Assembly (NCBI GenBank): GCA_964057225.1
Contig: OZ059894.1
Coordinates: forward strand, 21,700,001-21,764,000
Length of the DNA stretch: 64,000 nt
Source of the DNA: Auanema rhodensis
Taxonomy: Eukaryota > Animalia > Nematoda
Reading direction: 5' to 3'
The notes beneath the pieces were generated by a model, which saw only the letters and a list, made by a program, of their open reading frames with translations, did no database searches and was not told the origin of the DNA. Shown here one piece after another: positions 1-11,800 of the stretch. Made by a program: the position numbers and the translations under genes. Within the stretch, counting starts at the first letter, position 1. Each line of letters starts with the position of its first letter.

Positions 1-44
1 TACAAAAATTAGTTATGATCGTTTGAAAAATGATGCATTAGTGT

Positions 45-72
45 ATGTTGAGTTTCCATGTACACTCAACAT
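45..72. other. Perfect 9-bp inverted repeat with a 10-nt spacer, present in every monomer
   Basis: ATGTTGAGT (45-53) is the reverse complement of ACTCAACAT (64-72). Confidence 0.9.
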
Positions 73-85
73 TGCTTCCAAAAAC

Positions 86-120
86 ATTTTGACAAAAATT
101 TTTTCGAAAAATTTCAAAAT
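86..120. other. A/T-tract palindrome centred on TTTTTCGAAAAA
   Basis: Perfect 12-bp palindrome at 100-111, flanked by ATTTTGA (86-92) and TCAAAAT (114-120). Confidence 0.8.
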
Positions 121-254
121 AATTTAGCAAAAAGTAGATGTTTTTAGATTCCTTTTTTTAAGGCAAAGACGATGGACAATGTTATTCAACGAAAAAATAA
201 ATTCTTCAGGGTGAAAATCGAGGATATAAGTGTGAACTTATATCAGTTGATATC

Positions 255-321
255 TCGGTGCATTTTTAAGCTAGCGCAAATCTGATAACACAGATCGACG
301 CAGCTTAAAAATCCGCATCGA
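255..321. other. ~67-bp imperfect inverted repeat (hairpin/cruciform potential), present in every monomer
   Basis: TCGGTGC(255-261)/GCATCGA(315-321) 6 of 7; ATTTTTAAGCT(262-272)/AGCTTAAAAAT(302-312) perfect 11 bp; GCG(274-276)/CGC(299-301); ATCTG(280-284)/CAGAT(291-295); 6-nt loop ATAACA. Confidence 0.9.
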
Positions 322-702
322 ATGCACTATACTACATTGAGAAACGCTTAATACACAAATTAGTTATGATCGTTTGAAAAATGATGCATTAGTGTATCTT
401 GAGTTTCCATGTACACTCAACATTGCTTCCAAAAACATTTTGACAAAAATTTTTTCGAAAAATTTCAAAATAATTTAGCAAAAAGTAGATGTTTTTAGAT
501 TCCTTTTTTCAAGGCAAAGAAGATGGACAATGTTATTCAACGAAAAAATTAATTCTTCAGGGTGAAAATCGAGGATATAAGTGTGAACTTACATCAGTTG
601 ATATCTCGGTGCATTTTTAAGCTAGCGCAAATCTGATAACACAGATCGACGCAGCTTAAAAATCCGCATCGAATGCACTATACTACATTGAGAAACGCTT
701 AA

Positions 703-2808
703 TACAAAAATTAGTTTTGATCGTTTGAAAAATGATGCATTAGTGTATGTTGAGTTTCCATGTACACTCAACATTGCTTCCAAAAACATTTTGACAAAAA
801 TTTTTTCGAAAAATTTCAAAATAATTTAGCAAAAAGTAGATGTTTTTAGATTCCCGTTTTTAAGGCAAAGACGATGGACAATGTTATTCAACGAAAAAAT
901 TAATTCTTCAGGGTGAAAATCGAGGATATAAGTGTGAACTTATATCAGTTGATATCTCGGTGCATTTTTAAGCTAGCGCAAATCTGATAACACAGATCGA
1001 CGCAGCTTAAAAATCCGCATCGAATGCACTATACTACATCAAGAAACGCTTGATACAAAAATTAGTTATGATCGTTTGAAAAATGATGCATTAGTGTATG
1101 TTGAGTTTCCATGTACACTCAACATTGCTTCCAAAAACATTTTGACAAAAATTTTTTCGAAAAATTTCAAAATAATTTAGCAAAAAGTAGATGTTTTTAG
1201 ATTCCTTTTTTCAAGGCAAAGAAGATGGACAATGTTATTCAACGAAAAAATTAATTCTTCAGGGTGAAAATCGAGGATATAAGTGTGAACTTATATCAGT
1301 TGATATCTCGGTGCATTTTTAAGCTAGCGCAAATCTGATAACACAGATCGACGCAGCTTAAAAATCCGCATCGAATGCACTATACTACATCAAGAAACGC
1401 TTGATACAAAAATTAGTTATGATCGTTTGAAAAATGATGCATTAGTGTATGTTGAGTTTCCATGTACACTCAACATTGCTTCCAAAAACATTTTGACAAA
1501 AATTTTTTCGAAAAATTTCAAAATAATTTAGCAAAAAGTAGATGTTTTTAGATTCCTTTTTTTAAGGCAAAGACGATGGACAATGTTATTCAACGAAAAA
1601 ATTAATTCTTCAGGGTGAAAATCGAGGATATAAGTGTGAACTTATATCAGTTGATATCTCGGTGCATTTTTAAGCTAGCGCAAATCTGATAACACAGATC
1701 GACGCAGCTTAAGAATCCGCATCGAATGCACTATACTACATTGAGAAACGCTTAATACAAAAATTAGTTTTGATCGTTTGAAAAATGATGCATTAGTGTA
1801 TGTTGAGTTTCCATGTACACTCAACATTGCTTCCAAAAACATTTTGACAAAAATTTTTTCGAAAAATTTCAAAATAATTTAGCAAAAAGTAGATGTTTTT
1901 AGATTCCCGTTTTTAAGGCAAAGACGATGGACAATGTTATTCAACGAAAAAATTAATTCTTCAGGGTGAAAATCGAGGATATAAGTGTGAACTTATATCA
2001 GTTGATATCTCGGTGCATTTTTAAGCTAGCGCAAATCTGATAACACAGATCGACGCAGCTTAAAAATCCGCATCGAATGCACTATACTACATCAAGAAAC
2101 GCTTGATACAAAAATTAGTTATGATCGTTTGAAAAATGATGCATTAGTGTATGTTGAGTTTCCATGTACACTCAACATTGCTTCCAAAAACATTTTGACA
2201 AAAATTTTTTCGAAAAATTTCAAAATAATTTAGCAAAAAGTAGATGTTTTTAGATTCCTTTTTTCAAGGCAAAGAAGATGGACAATGTTATTCAACGAAA
2301 AAATTAATTCTTCAGGGTGAAAATCGAGGATATAAGTGTGAACTTATATCAGTTGATATCTCGGTGCATTTTTAAGCTAGCGCAAATCTGATAACACAGA
2401 TCGACGCAGCTTAAAAATCCGCATCGAATGCACTATACTACATCAAGAAACGCTTGATACAAAAATTAGTTATGATCGTTTGAAAAATGATGCATTAGTG
2501 TATGTTGAGTTTCCATGTACACTCAACATTGCTTCCAAAAACATTTTGACAAAAATTTTTTCGAAAAATTTCAAAATAATTTAGCAAAAAGTAGATGTTT
2601 TTAGATTCCTTTTTTTAAGGCAAAGACGATGGACAATGTTATTCAACGAAAAAATTAATTCTTCAGGGTGAAAATCGAGGATATAAGTGTGAACTTATAT
2701 CAGTTGATATCTCGGTGCATTTTTAAGCTAGCGCAAATCTGATAACACAGATCGACGCAGCTTAAGAATCCGCATCGAATGCACTATACTACATTGAGAA
2801 ACGCTTAA
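703..2808 (+). repeat. Trimer (1053-bp) higher-order repeat, 2 copies
   Basis: The marker order TTTTGATC+TTCCCG / GAAGATGG / AAGAATCC occurs in 703-1755 and again in 1756-2808; minus-strand ORFs start at 622, 1675 and 2728. Confidence 0.85.
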
Positions 2809-5800
2809 TACAAAAATTAGTTTTGATCGTTTGAAAAATGATGCATTAGTGTATGTTGAGTTTCCATGTACACTCAACATTGCTTCCAAAAACATTTTGA
2901 CAAAAATTTTTTCGAAAAATTTCAAAATAATTTAGCAAAAAGTAGATGTTTTTAGATTCCTGTTTTTAAGGCAAAGACGATGGACAATGTTATTCAACGA
3001 AAAAATTAATTCTTCAGGGTGAAAATCGAGGATATAAGTGTGAACTTATATCAGTTGATATCTCGGTGCATTTTTAAGCTAGCGCAAATTTGATAACACA
3101 GATCGACGCAGCTTAAAAATCCGCATCGAATGCACTATACTACATTGAGAAACGCTTGATAAAAAAATTAGTTATGTTCGTTTGAAAAATGATGCATTAG
3201 TGTATGTTGAGTTTCCATGTACACTCAACATTGCTTCCAAAAACATTTTGACAAAAATTTTTTCGAAAAATTTCAAAATAATTTAGCAAAAAGTAGATGT
3301 TTTTAGATTCCTTTTTTTAAGGCAAAGACGATGGACAATGTTATTCAACGAAAAAATTAATTCTTCAGGGTGAAAATCGAGGATATAAGTGTGAACTTAT
3401 ATCAGTTGATATCTCGGTGCATTTTTAAGCTAGCGCAAATCTGATAACACAGATCGACGCAGCTTAAAAATCCGCATCGAATGCACTATACTACATTGAG
3501 AAACGCTTAATACAAAAATTAGTTATGATCGTTTGAAAAATGATGCATTAGTGTATGTTGAGTTTCCATGTACACTCAACATTGCTTCCAAAAACATTTT
3601 GACAAAAATTTTTTCGAAAAATTTCAGAATAATTCAGCAAAAAGTAGATGTTTTTAGATTCCTTTTTCCAAGGCAAAGACGATGGACAATGTTATTCAAC
3701 GAAAAAATTAATTCTTCAGGGTGAAAATCGAGGATATATGTGTGAACTTATATCAGTTGATATCTCGGTGCATTTTTAAGTTAGCGCAAATCTGATAACA
3801 CAGATCGACGCAGCTTAAAAATCCGCATCGAATGCACTATACTACATTGAGAAACGTTTGATACAAAAATTAGTTATGATCGTTTGAAAAATGATGCATT
3901 AGTGTATGTTGAGTTTCCATGTACACTCAACATTGCTTCCAAAAACATTTTGACAAAAATTTTTTCGAAAAATTTCAAAATAATTTAGCAAAAAGTAGAT
4001 GTTTTTAGATTTCTTTTTTCAAGGCAAAGACGAAGGACAATGTTATTCAACGAAAAAATTAATTCTTCAGGGTGTAAATCGAGGATATAAGTGTGAACTT
4101 ATATCAGTTGATATCTCGGTGCATTTTTAAGCTAGCGCAAATCTGATAACACAGATCGACGCAGCTCAAAAATCCGCATCGAATGCACTATACTACATCA
4201 AGAAACGCTTGATACAAAAATTAGTTATGATCGTTTGAAAAATGATGCATTAGTGTATGTTGAGTTTCCATGTACACTCAACATTGCTTCCAAAAACATT
4301 TTGACAAAAATTTTTTCGAAAAATTTCAAAATAATTTAGCAAAAAGTAGATGTTTTTAGATTCCCGTTTTTAAGGCAAAGACGATGGACAATGTTATTCA
4401 ACGAAAAAATTAATTCTTCAGGGTGAAAATCGAGGATATAAGTGTGAACTTACATCAGTTGATATCTCGGTGCATTTTTAAGCTAGCGCAAATCTGATAA
4501 CACAGATCGACGCAGCTTAAAAATCCGCATCGAATGCACTATACTACATCAAGAAACGCTTAATACAAAAATTAGTTATGATCGTTTGAAAAATGATGCA
4601 TTAGTGTATGTTGAGTTTCCATGTACACTCAACATTGCTTCCAAAAACATTTTGACAAAAATTTTTTCGAAAAATTTCAAAATAATTTAGCAAAAAGTAG
4701 ATGTTTTTAGATTCCTTTTTTCAAGGCAAAGAAGATGGACAATGTTATTCAACGAAAAAATTAATTCTTCAGGGTGAAAATCGAGGATATAAGTGTGAAC
4801 TTACATCAGTTGATATCTCGGTGCATTTTTAAGCTAGCGCAAATCTGATAACACAGATCGACGCAGCTTAAAAATCCGCATCGAATGCACTATACTACAT
4901 CAAGAAACGCTTGATACAAAAATTAGTTATGATCGTTTGAAAAATGATGCATTAGTGTATGTTGAGTTTCCATGTACACTCAACATTGCTTCCAAAAACA
5001 TTTTGACAAAAATTTTTTCGAAAAATTTCAAAATAATTTAGCAAAAAGTAGATGTTTTTAGATTCCTTTTTTCAAGGCAAAGAAGATGGACAATGTTATT
5101 CAACGAAAAAATTAATTCTTCAGGGTGAAAATCGAGGATATAAGTGTGAACTTACATCAGTTGATATCTCGGTGCATTTTTAAGCTAGCGCAAATCTGAT
5201 AACACAGATCGACGCAGCTTAAAAATCCGCATCGAATGCACTATACTACATTGAGAAACGCTTAATACAAAAATTAGTTTTGATCGTTTGAAAAATGATG
5301 CATTAGTGTATGTTGAGTTTCCATGTACACTCAACATTGCTTCCAAAAACATTTTGACAAAAATTTTTTCGAAAAATTTCAAAATAATTTAGCAAAAAGT
5401 AGATGTTTTTAGATTCCCGTTTTTAAGGCAAAGACGATGGACAATGTTATTCAACGAAAAAATTAATTCTTCAGGGTGAAAATCGAGGATATAAGTGTGA
5501 ACTTATATCAGTTGATATCTCGGTGCATTTTTAAGCTAGCGCAAATTTGATAACACAGATCGACGCAGCTTAAAAATCCGCATCGAATGCACTATACTAC
5601 ATTGAGAAACGCTTGATAAAAAAATTAGTTATGTTCGTTTGAAAAATGATGCATTAGTGTATGTTGAGTTTCCATGTACACTCAACATTGCTTCCAAAAA
5701 CATTTTGACAAAAATTTTTTCGAAAAATTTCAAAATAATTTAGCAAAAAGTAGATGTTTTTAGATTCCTTTTTTTAAGGCAAAGACGATGGACAATGTTA

Positions 5801-8800
5801 TTCAACGAAAAAATTAATTCTTCAGGGTGAAAATCGAGGATATAAGTGTGAACTTATATCAGTTGATATCTCGGTGCATTTTTAAGCTAGCGCAAATCTG
5901 ATAACACAGATCGACGCAGCTTAAAAATCCGCATCGAATGCACTATACTACATCAAGAAACGCTTGATACAAAAATTAGTTATGATCGTTTGAAAAATGA
6001 TGCATTAGTGTATGTTGAGTTTCCATGTACACTCAACATTGCTTCCAAAAACATTTTGACAAAAATTTTTTCGAAAAATTTCAAAATAATTTAGCAAAAA
6101 GTAGATGTTTTTAGATTCCTTTTTTTAAGGCAAAGACGATGGACAATGTTATTCAACGAAAAAATTAATTCTTCAGGGTGAAAATCGAGGATATAAGTGT
6201 AAACTTATATCAGTTGATATCTCGGTGCATTTTTAAGCTAGCGCAAATCTGATAACACAGATCGACGCAGCTTAAAAATCCGCATCGAATGCACTATACT
6301 ACATTGAGAAACGCTTAATACAAAAATTAGTTATGATCGTTTGAAAAATGATGCATTAGTGTATGTTGAGTTTCCATGTACACTCAACATTGCTTCCAAA
6401 AACATTTTGACAAAAATTTTTTCGAAAAATTTCAGAATAATTCAGCAAAAAGTAGATGTTTTTAGATTCCTTTTTCCAAGGCAAAGACGATGGACAATGT
6501 TATTCAACGAAAAAATTAATTCTTCAGGGTGAAAATCGAGGATATAAGTGTGAACTTATATCAGTTGATATCTCGGTGCATTTTTAAGCTAGCGCAAATC
6601 TGATAACACAGATCGACGCAGCTTAAAAATCCGCATCGAATGCACTATACTACATTGAGAAACGTTTGATACAAAAATTAGTTATGATCGTTTGAAAAAT
6701 GATGCATTAGTGTATGTTGAGTTTCCATGTACACTCAACATTGCTTCCAAAAACATTTTGACAAAAATTTTTTCGAAAAATTTCAAAATAATTTAGCTAA
6801 AAGTAGATGTTTTTAGATTCCTTTTTTTAAGGCAAAGACGATGGACAATGTTATTCAACGAAAAAATTAATTCTTCAGGGTGAAAATCGAGGATATAAGT
6901 GTGAACTTATATCAGTTGATATCTCGGTGCATTTTTAAGCTAGCGCAAATCTGATAACACAGATCGACGCAGCTTAAAAATCCGCATCGAATGCACTATA
7001 CTACATTGAGAAACGCTTAATACACAAATTAGTTATGATCGTTTGAAAAATGATGCATTAGTGTATGTTGAGTTTCCATGTACACTCAACATTGCTTCCA
7101 AAAACATTTTGACAAAAATTTTTTCGAAAAATTTCAAAATAATTTAGCTAAAAGTAGATGTTTTTAGATTCCTTTTTTTAAGGCAAAGACGATGGACAAT
7201 GTTATTCAACGAAAAAATTAATTCTTCAGGGTGAAAATCGAGGATATAAGTGTGAACTTATATCAGTTGATATCTCGGTGCATTTTTAAGCTAGCGCAAA
7301 TCTGATAACACAGATCGACGCAGCTTAAAAATCCGCATCGAATGCACTATACTACATTGAGAAACGCTTAATACACAAATTAGTTATGATCGTTTGAAAA
7401 ATGATGCATTAGTGTATGTTGAGTTTCCATGTACACTCAACATTGCTTCCAAAAACATTTTGACAAAAATTTTTTCGAAAAATTTCAAAATAATTTAGCA
7501 AAAAGTAGATGTTTTTAGATTCCTTTTTTTAAGGCAAAGACGATGGACAATGTTATTCAACGAAAAAATTAATTCTTCAGGGTGAAAATCGAGGATATAA
7601 GTGTGAACTTATATCAGTTGATATCTCGGTGCATTTTTAAGCTAGCGCAAATCTGATAACACAGATCGACGCAGCTTAAAAATCCGCATCGAATGCACTA
7701 TACTACATTGAGAAACGCTTAATACAAAAATTAGTTATGATCGTTTGAAAAATGATGCATTAGTGTATGTTGAGTTTCCATGTACACTCAACATTGCTTC
7801 CAAAAACATTTTGACAAAAATTTTTTCGAAAAATTTCAAAATAATTTAGCAAAAAGTAGATGTTTTTAGATTTCTTTTTTCAAGGCAAAGACGATGGACA
7901 ATGTTATTCAACGAAAAAATTAATTCTTCAGGGTGAAAATCGAGGATATAAGTGTGAACTTATATCAGTTGATATCTCGGTGCATTTTTAAGCTAGCGCA
8001 AATCTGATAACACAGATCGACGCAGCTTAAAAATCCGCATCGAATGCACTATACTACATTGAGAAACGTTTGATACAAAAATTAGTTATGATCGTTTGAA
8101 AAATGATGCATTAGTGTATGTTGAGTTTCCATGTACACTCAACATTGCTTCCAAAAACATTTTGACAAAAATTTTTTCGAAAAATTTCAAAATAATTTAG
8201 CTAAAAGTAGATGTTTTTAGATTCCTTTTTTTAAGGCAAAGACGATGGACAATGTTATTCAACGAAAAAATTAATTCTTCAGGGTGAAAATCGAGGATAT
8301 AAGTGTGAACTTATATCAGTTGATATCTCGGTGCATTTTTAAGCTAGCGCAAATCTGATAACACAGATCGACGCAGCTTAAAAATCCGCATCGAATGCAC
8401 TATACTACATTGAGAAACGTTTGATACAAAAATTAGTTATGATCGTTTGAAAAATGATGCATTAGTGTATGTTGAGTTTCCATGTACACTCAACATTGCT
8501 TCCAAAAACATTTTGACAAAAATTTTTTCGAAAAATTTCAAAATAATTTAGCTAAAAGTAGATGTTTTTAGATTCCTTTTTTTAAGGCAAAGACGATGGA
8601 CAATGTTATTCAACGAAAAAATTAATTCTTCAGGGTGAAAATCGAGGATATAAGTGTGAACTTATATCAGTTGATATCTCGGTGCATTTTTAAGCTAGCG
8701 CAAATCTGATAACACAGATCGACGCAGCTTAAAAATCCGCATCGAATGCACTATACTACATTGAGAAACGCTTAATACACAAATTAGTTATGATCGTTTG

Positions 8801-11800
8801 AAAAATGATGCATTAGTGTATGTTGAGTTTCCATGTACACTCAACATTGCTTCCAAAAACATTTTGACAAAAATTTTTTCGAAAAATTTCAAAATAATTT
8901 AGCAAAAAGTAGATGTTTTTAGATTCCTTTTTTTAAGGCAAAGACGATGGACAATGTTATTCAACGAAAAAATTAATTCTTCAGGGTGAAAATCGAGGAT
9001 ATAAGTGTGAACTTATATCAGTTGATATCTCGGTGCATTTTTAAGCTAGCGCAAATCTGATAACACAGATCGACGCAGCTTAAAAATCCGCATCGAATGC
9101 ACTATACTACATTGAGAAACGCTTAATACAAAAATTAGTTATGATCGTTTGAAAAATGATGCATTAGTGTATGTTGAGTTTCCATGTACACTCAACATTG
9201 CTTCCAAAAACATTTTGACAAAAATTTTTTCGAAAAATTTCAAAATAATTTAGCAAAAAGTAGATGTTTTTAGATTTCTTTTTTCAAGGCAAAGACGATG
9301 GACAATGTTATTCAACGAAAAAATTAATTCTTCAGGGTGAAAATCGAGGATATAAGTGTAAACTTATATCAGTTGATATCTCGGTGCATTTTCAAGCTAG
9401 CGCAAATCTGATAACACAGATCGACGCAACTTAAAAATCCGCATCGAATGCACTATACTACATTGAGAAACGCTTAATACAAAAATTAGTTATGATCGTT
9501 TGAAAAATGATGCATTAGTGTATGTTGAGTTTCCATGTACACTCAACATTGCTTCCAAAAACATTTTGACAAAAATTTTTTCGAAAAATTTCAGAATAAT
9601 TCAGCAAAAAGTAGATGTTTTTAGATTCCTTTTTCCAAGGCAAAGACGATGGACAATGTTATTCAACGAAAAAATTAATTCTTCAGGGTGAAAATCGAGG
9701 ATATAAGTGTGAACTTATATCAGTTGATATCTCGGTGCATTTTTAAGCTAGCGCAAATCTGATAACACAGATCGACGCAGCTTAAAAATCCGCATCGAAT
9801 GCACTATACTACATTGAGAAACGTTTGATACAAAAATTAGTTATGATCGTTTGAAAAATGATGCATTAGTGTATGTTGAGTTTCCATGTACACTCAACAT
9901 TGCTTCCAAAAACATTTTGACAAAAATTTTTTCGAAAAATTTCAAAATAATTTAGCAAAAAGTAGATGTTTTTAGATTCCTTTTTTTAAGGCAAAGACGA
10001 TGGACAATGTTATTCAACGAAAAAATTAATTCTTCAGGGTGAAAATCGAGGATATAAGTGTGAACTTATATCAGTTGATATCTCGGTGCATTTTTAAGCT
10101 AGCGCAAATCTGATAACACAGATCGACGCAGCTTAAAAATCCGCATCGAATGCACTATACTACATTGAGAAACGCTTAATACAAAAATTAGTTATGATCG
10201 TTTGAAAAATGATGCATTAGTGTATGTTGAGTTTCCATGTACACTCAACATTGCTTCCAAAAACATTTTGACAAAAATTTTTTCGAAAAATTTCAGAATA
10301 ATTCAGCAAAAAGTAGATGTTTTTAGATTCCTTTTTCCAAGGCAAAGACGATGGACAATGTTATTCAACGAAAAAATTAATTCTTCAGGGTGAAAATCGA
10401 GGATATAAGTGTGAACTTATATCAGTTGATATCTCGGTGCATTTTTAAGCTAGCGCAAATCTGATAACACAGATCGACGCAGCTTAAAAATCCGCATCGA
10501 ATGCACTATACTACATTGAGAAACGTTTGATACAAAAATTAGTTATGATCGTTTGAAAAATGATGCATTAGTGTATGTTGAGTTTCCATGTACACTCAAC
10601 ATTGCTTCCAAAAACATTTTGACAAAAATTTTTTCGAAAAATTTCAAAATAATTTAGCAAAAAGTAGATGTTTTTAGATTCCTTTTTTTAAGGCAAAGAC
10701 GATGGACAATGTTATTCAACGAAAAAATTAATTCTTCAGGGTGAAAATCGAGGATATAAGTGTGAACTTATATCAGTTGATATCTCGGTGCATTTTTAAG
10801 CTAGCGCAAATCTGATAACACAGATCGACGCAGCTTAAAAATCCGCATCGAATGCACTATACTACATTGAGAAACGCTTAATACACAAATTAGTTATGAT
10901 CGTTTGAAAAATGATGCATTAGTGTATGTTGAGTTTCCATGTACACTCAACATTGCTTCCAAAAACATTTTGACAAAAATTTTTTCGAAAAATTTCAAAA
11001 TAATTTAGCAAAAAGTAGATGTTTTTAGATTTCTTTTTTCAAGGCAAAGACGATGGACAATGTTATTCAACGAAAAAATTAATTCTTCAGGGTGTAAATC
11101 GAGGATATAAGTGTGAACTTATATCAGTTGATATCTCGGTGCATTTTTAAGCTAGCGCAAATCTGATAACACAGATCGACGCAGCTTAAAAATCCGCATC
11201 GAATGCACTATACTACATTGAGAAACGCTTGATACAAAAATTAGTTATGTTCGTTTGAAAAATGATGCATTAGTGTATGTTGAGTTTCCATGTACACTCA
11301 ACATTGCTTCAAAAAACATTTTGACAAAAATTTTTTCGAAAAATTTCAAAATAATTTAGCAAAAAGTAGATGTTTTTAGATTCCATTTTTCAAGGCAAAG
11401 ACGATAGACAATGTTATTCAACGAAAAAATTAATTCTTCAGGGTGAAAATCGAGGATATAAGTGTGAACTTATATCAGTTGATATCTCGGTGCATTTTTA
11501 AGCTAGCGCAAATCTGATAACACAGATCGACGCAGCTTAAAAATCCGCATCGAATGCACTATACTACATCAAGAAACGCTTGATACAAAAATTAGTTATG
11601 ATCGTTTGAAAAATGATGCATTAGTGTATGTTGAGTTTCCATGTACACTCAACATTGCTTCCAAAAACATTTTGACAAAAATTTTTTCGAAAAATTTCAA
11701 AATATTTTAGCAAAAAGTAGATGTTTTTAGATTCCTGTTTTTAAGGCAAAGACGATGGACAATGTTATTCAACGAAAAAATTAATTCTTCAGGGTGAAAA

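Larger units (their letters stand above)
1..351 (+). repeat. Representative monomer (arbitrary phase), ~69% AT, rich in A/T tracts; consensus has single EcoRV (GATATC), NheI (GCTAGC) and BstBI (TTCGAA) sites
   Basis: Direct reading: 109 G+C of 351; GATATC at 249-254, GCTAGC at 270-275, TTCGAA at 103-108. Confidence 0.95.
1..11232 (+). repeat. Left sub-array (haplotype layer A)
   Basis: Lacks the GATAGAC allele. Carries GAAGATGG, TTCCCG, CTTACATC, TTTAGCTAA, AAACGTTTGA and the CAGAATAATTCAG...TTCCAAGG monomer type. Confidence 0.75.

Noticed and set aside
178-194. CENP-B box-like motif on the minus strand (TTTCGTTGAATAACATT)
   Set aside because: It matches the TTCG....A half of the canonical box but lacks the essential CGGG, so it is not supportable as a functional CENP-B box.
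255-321. Rho-independent terminator or attC-type recombination site
   Set aside because: The context is a eukaryote-type satellite with no genes or cassettes. The hairpin has no following U-tract and no RYYYAAC/GTTRRRY ends.
1-351. Tandem 5S rRNA, tRNA, snRNA or spliced-leader gene repeat
   Set aside because: I recognise no 5S, tRNA cloverleaf, Pol III A/B/C box or spliced-leader sequence. An Rfam/Infernal scan would be the decisive test.
1-351. Assignment to a named satellite of similar length (Drosophila 1.688/359-bp family, tenebrionid ~350-360-bp satellites)
   Set aside because: Only length and AT content are similar. It does not match the 359-bp sequence as I recall it, and I cannot verify the others without a database search.
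1-351. Monomer as an ancient dimer of ~175-bp subunits
   Set aside because: I found no convincing direct similarity between the two halves by eye; a self dot-plot would be needed.
622-5382. 65-aa minus-strand ORFs (MKFFEKIF...)
   Set aside because: They appear only where one SNP (TTATGA>TTTTGA) removes a stop in the satellite monomer. They start at TTG, have no recognisable domain, and are closed in nearly all other copies.
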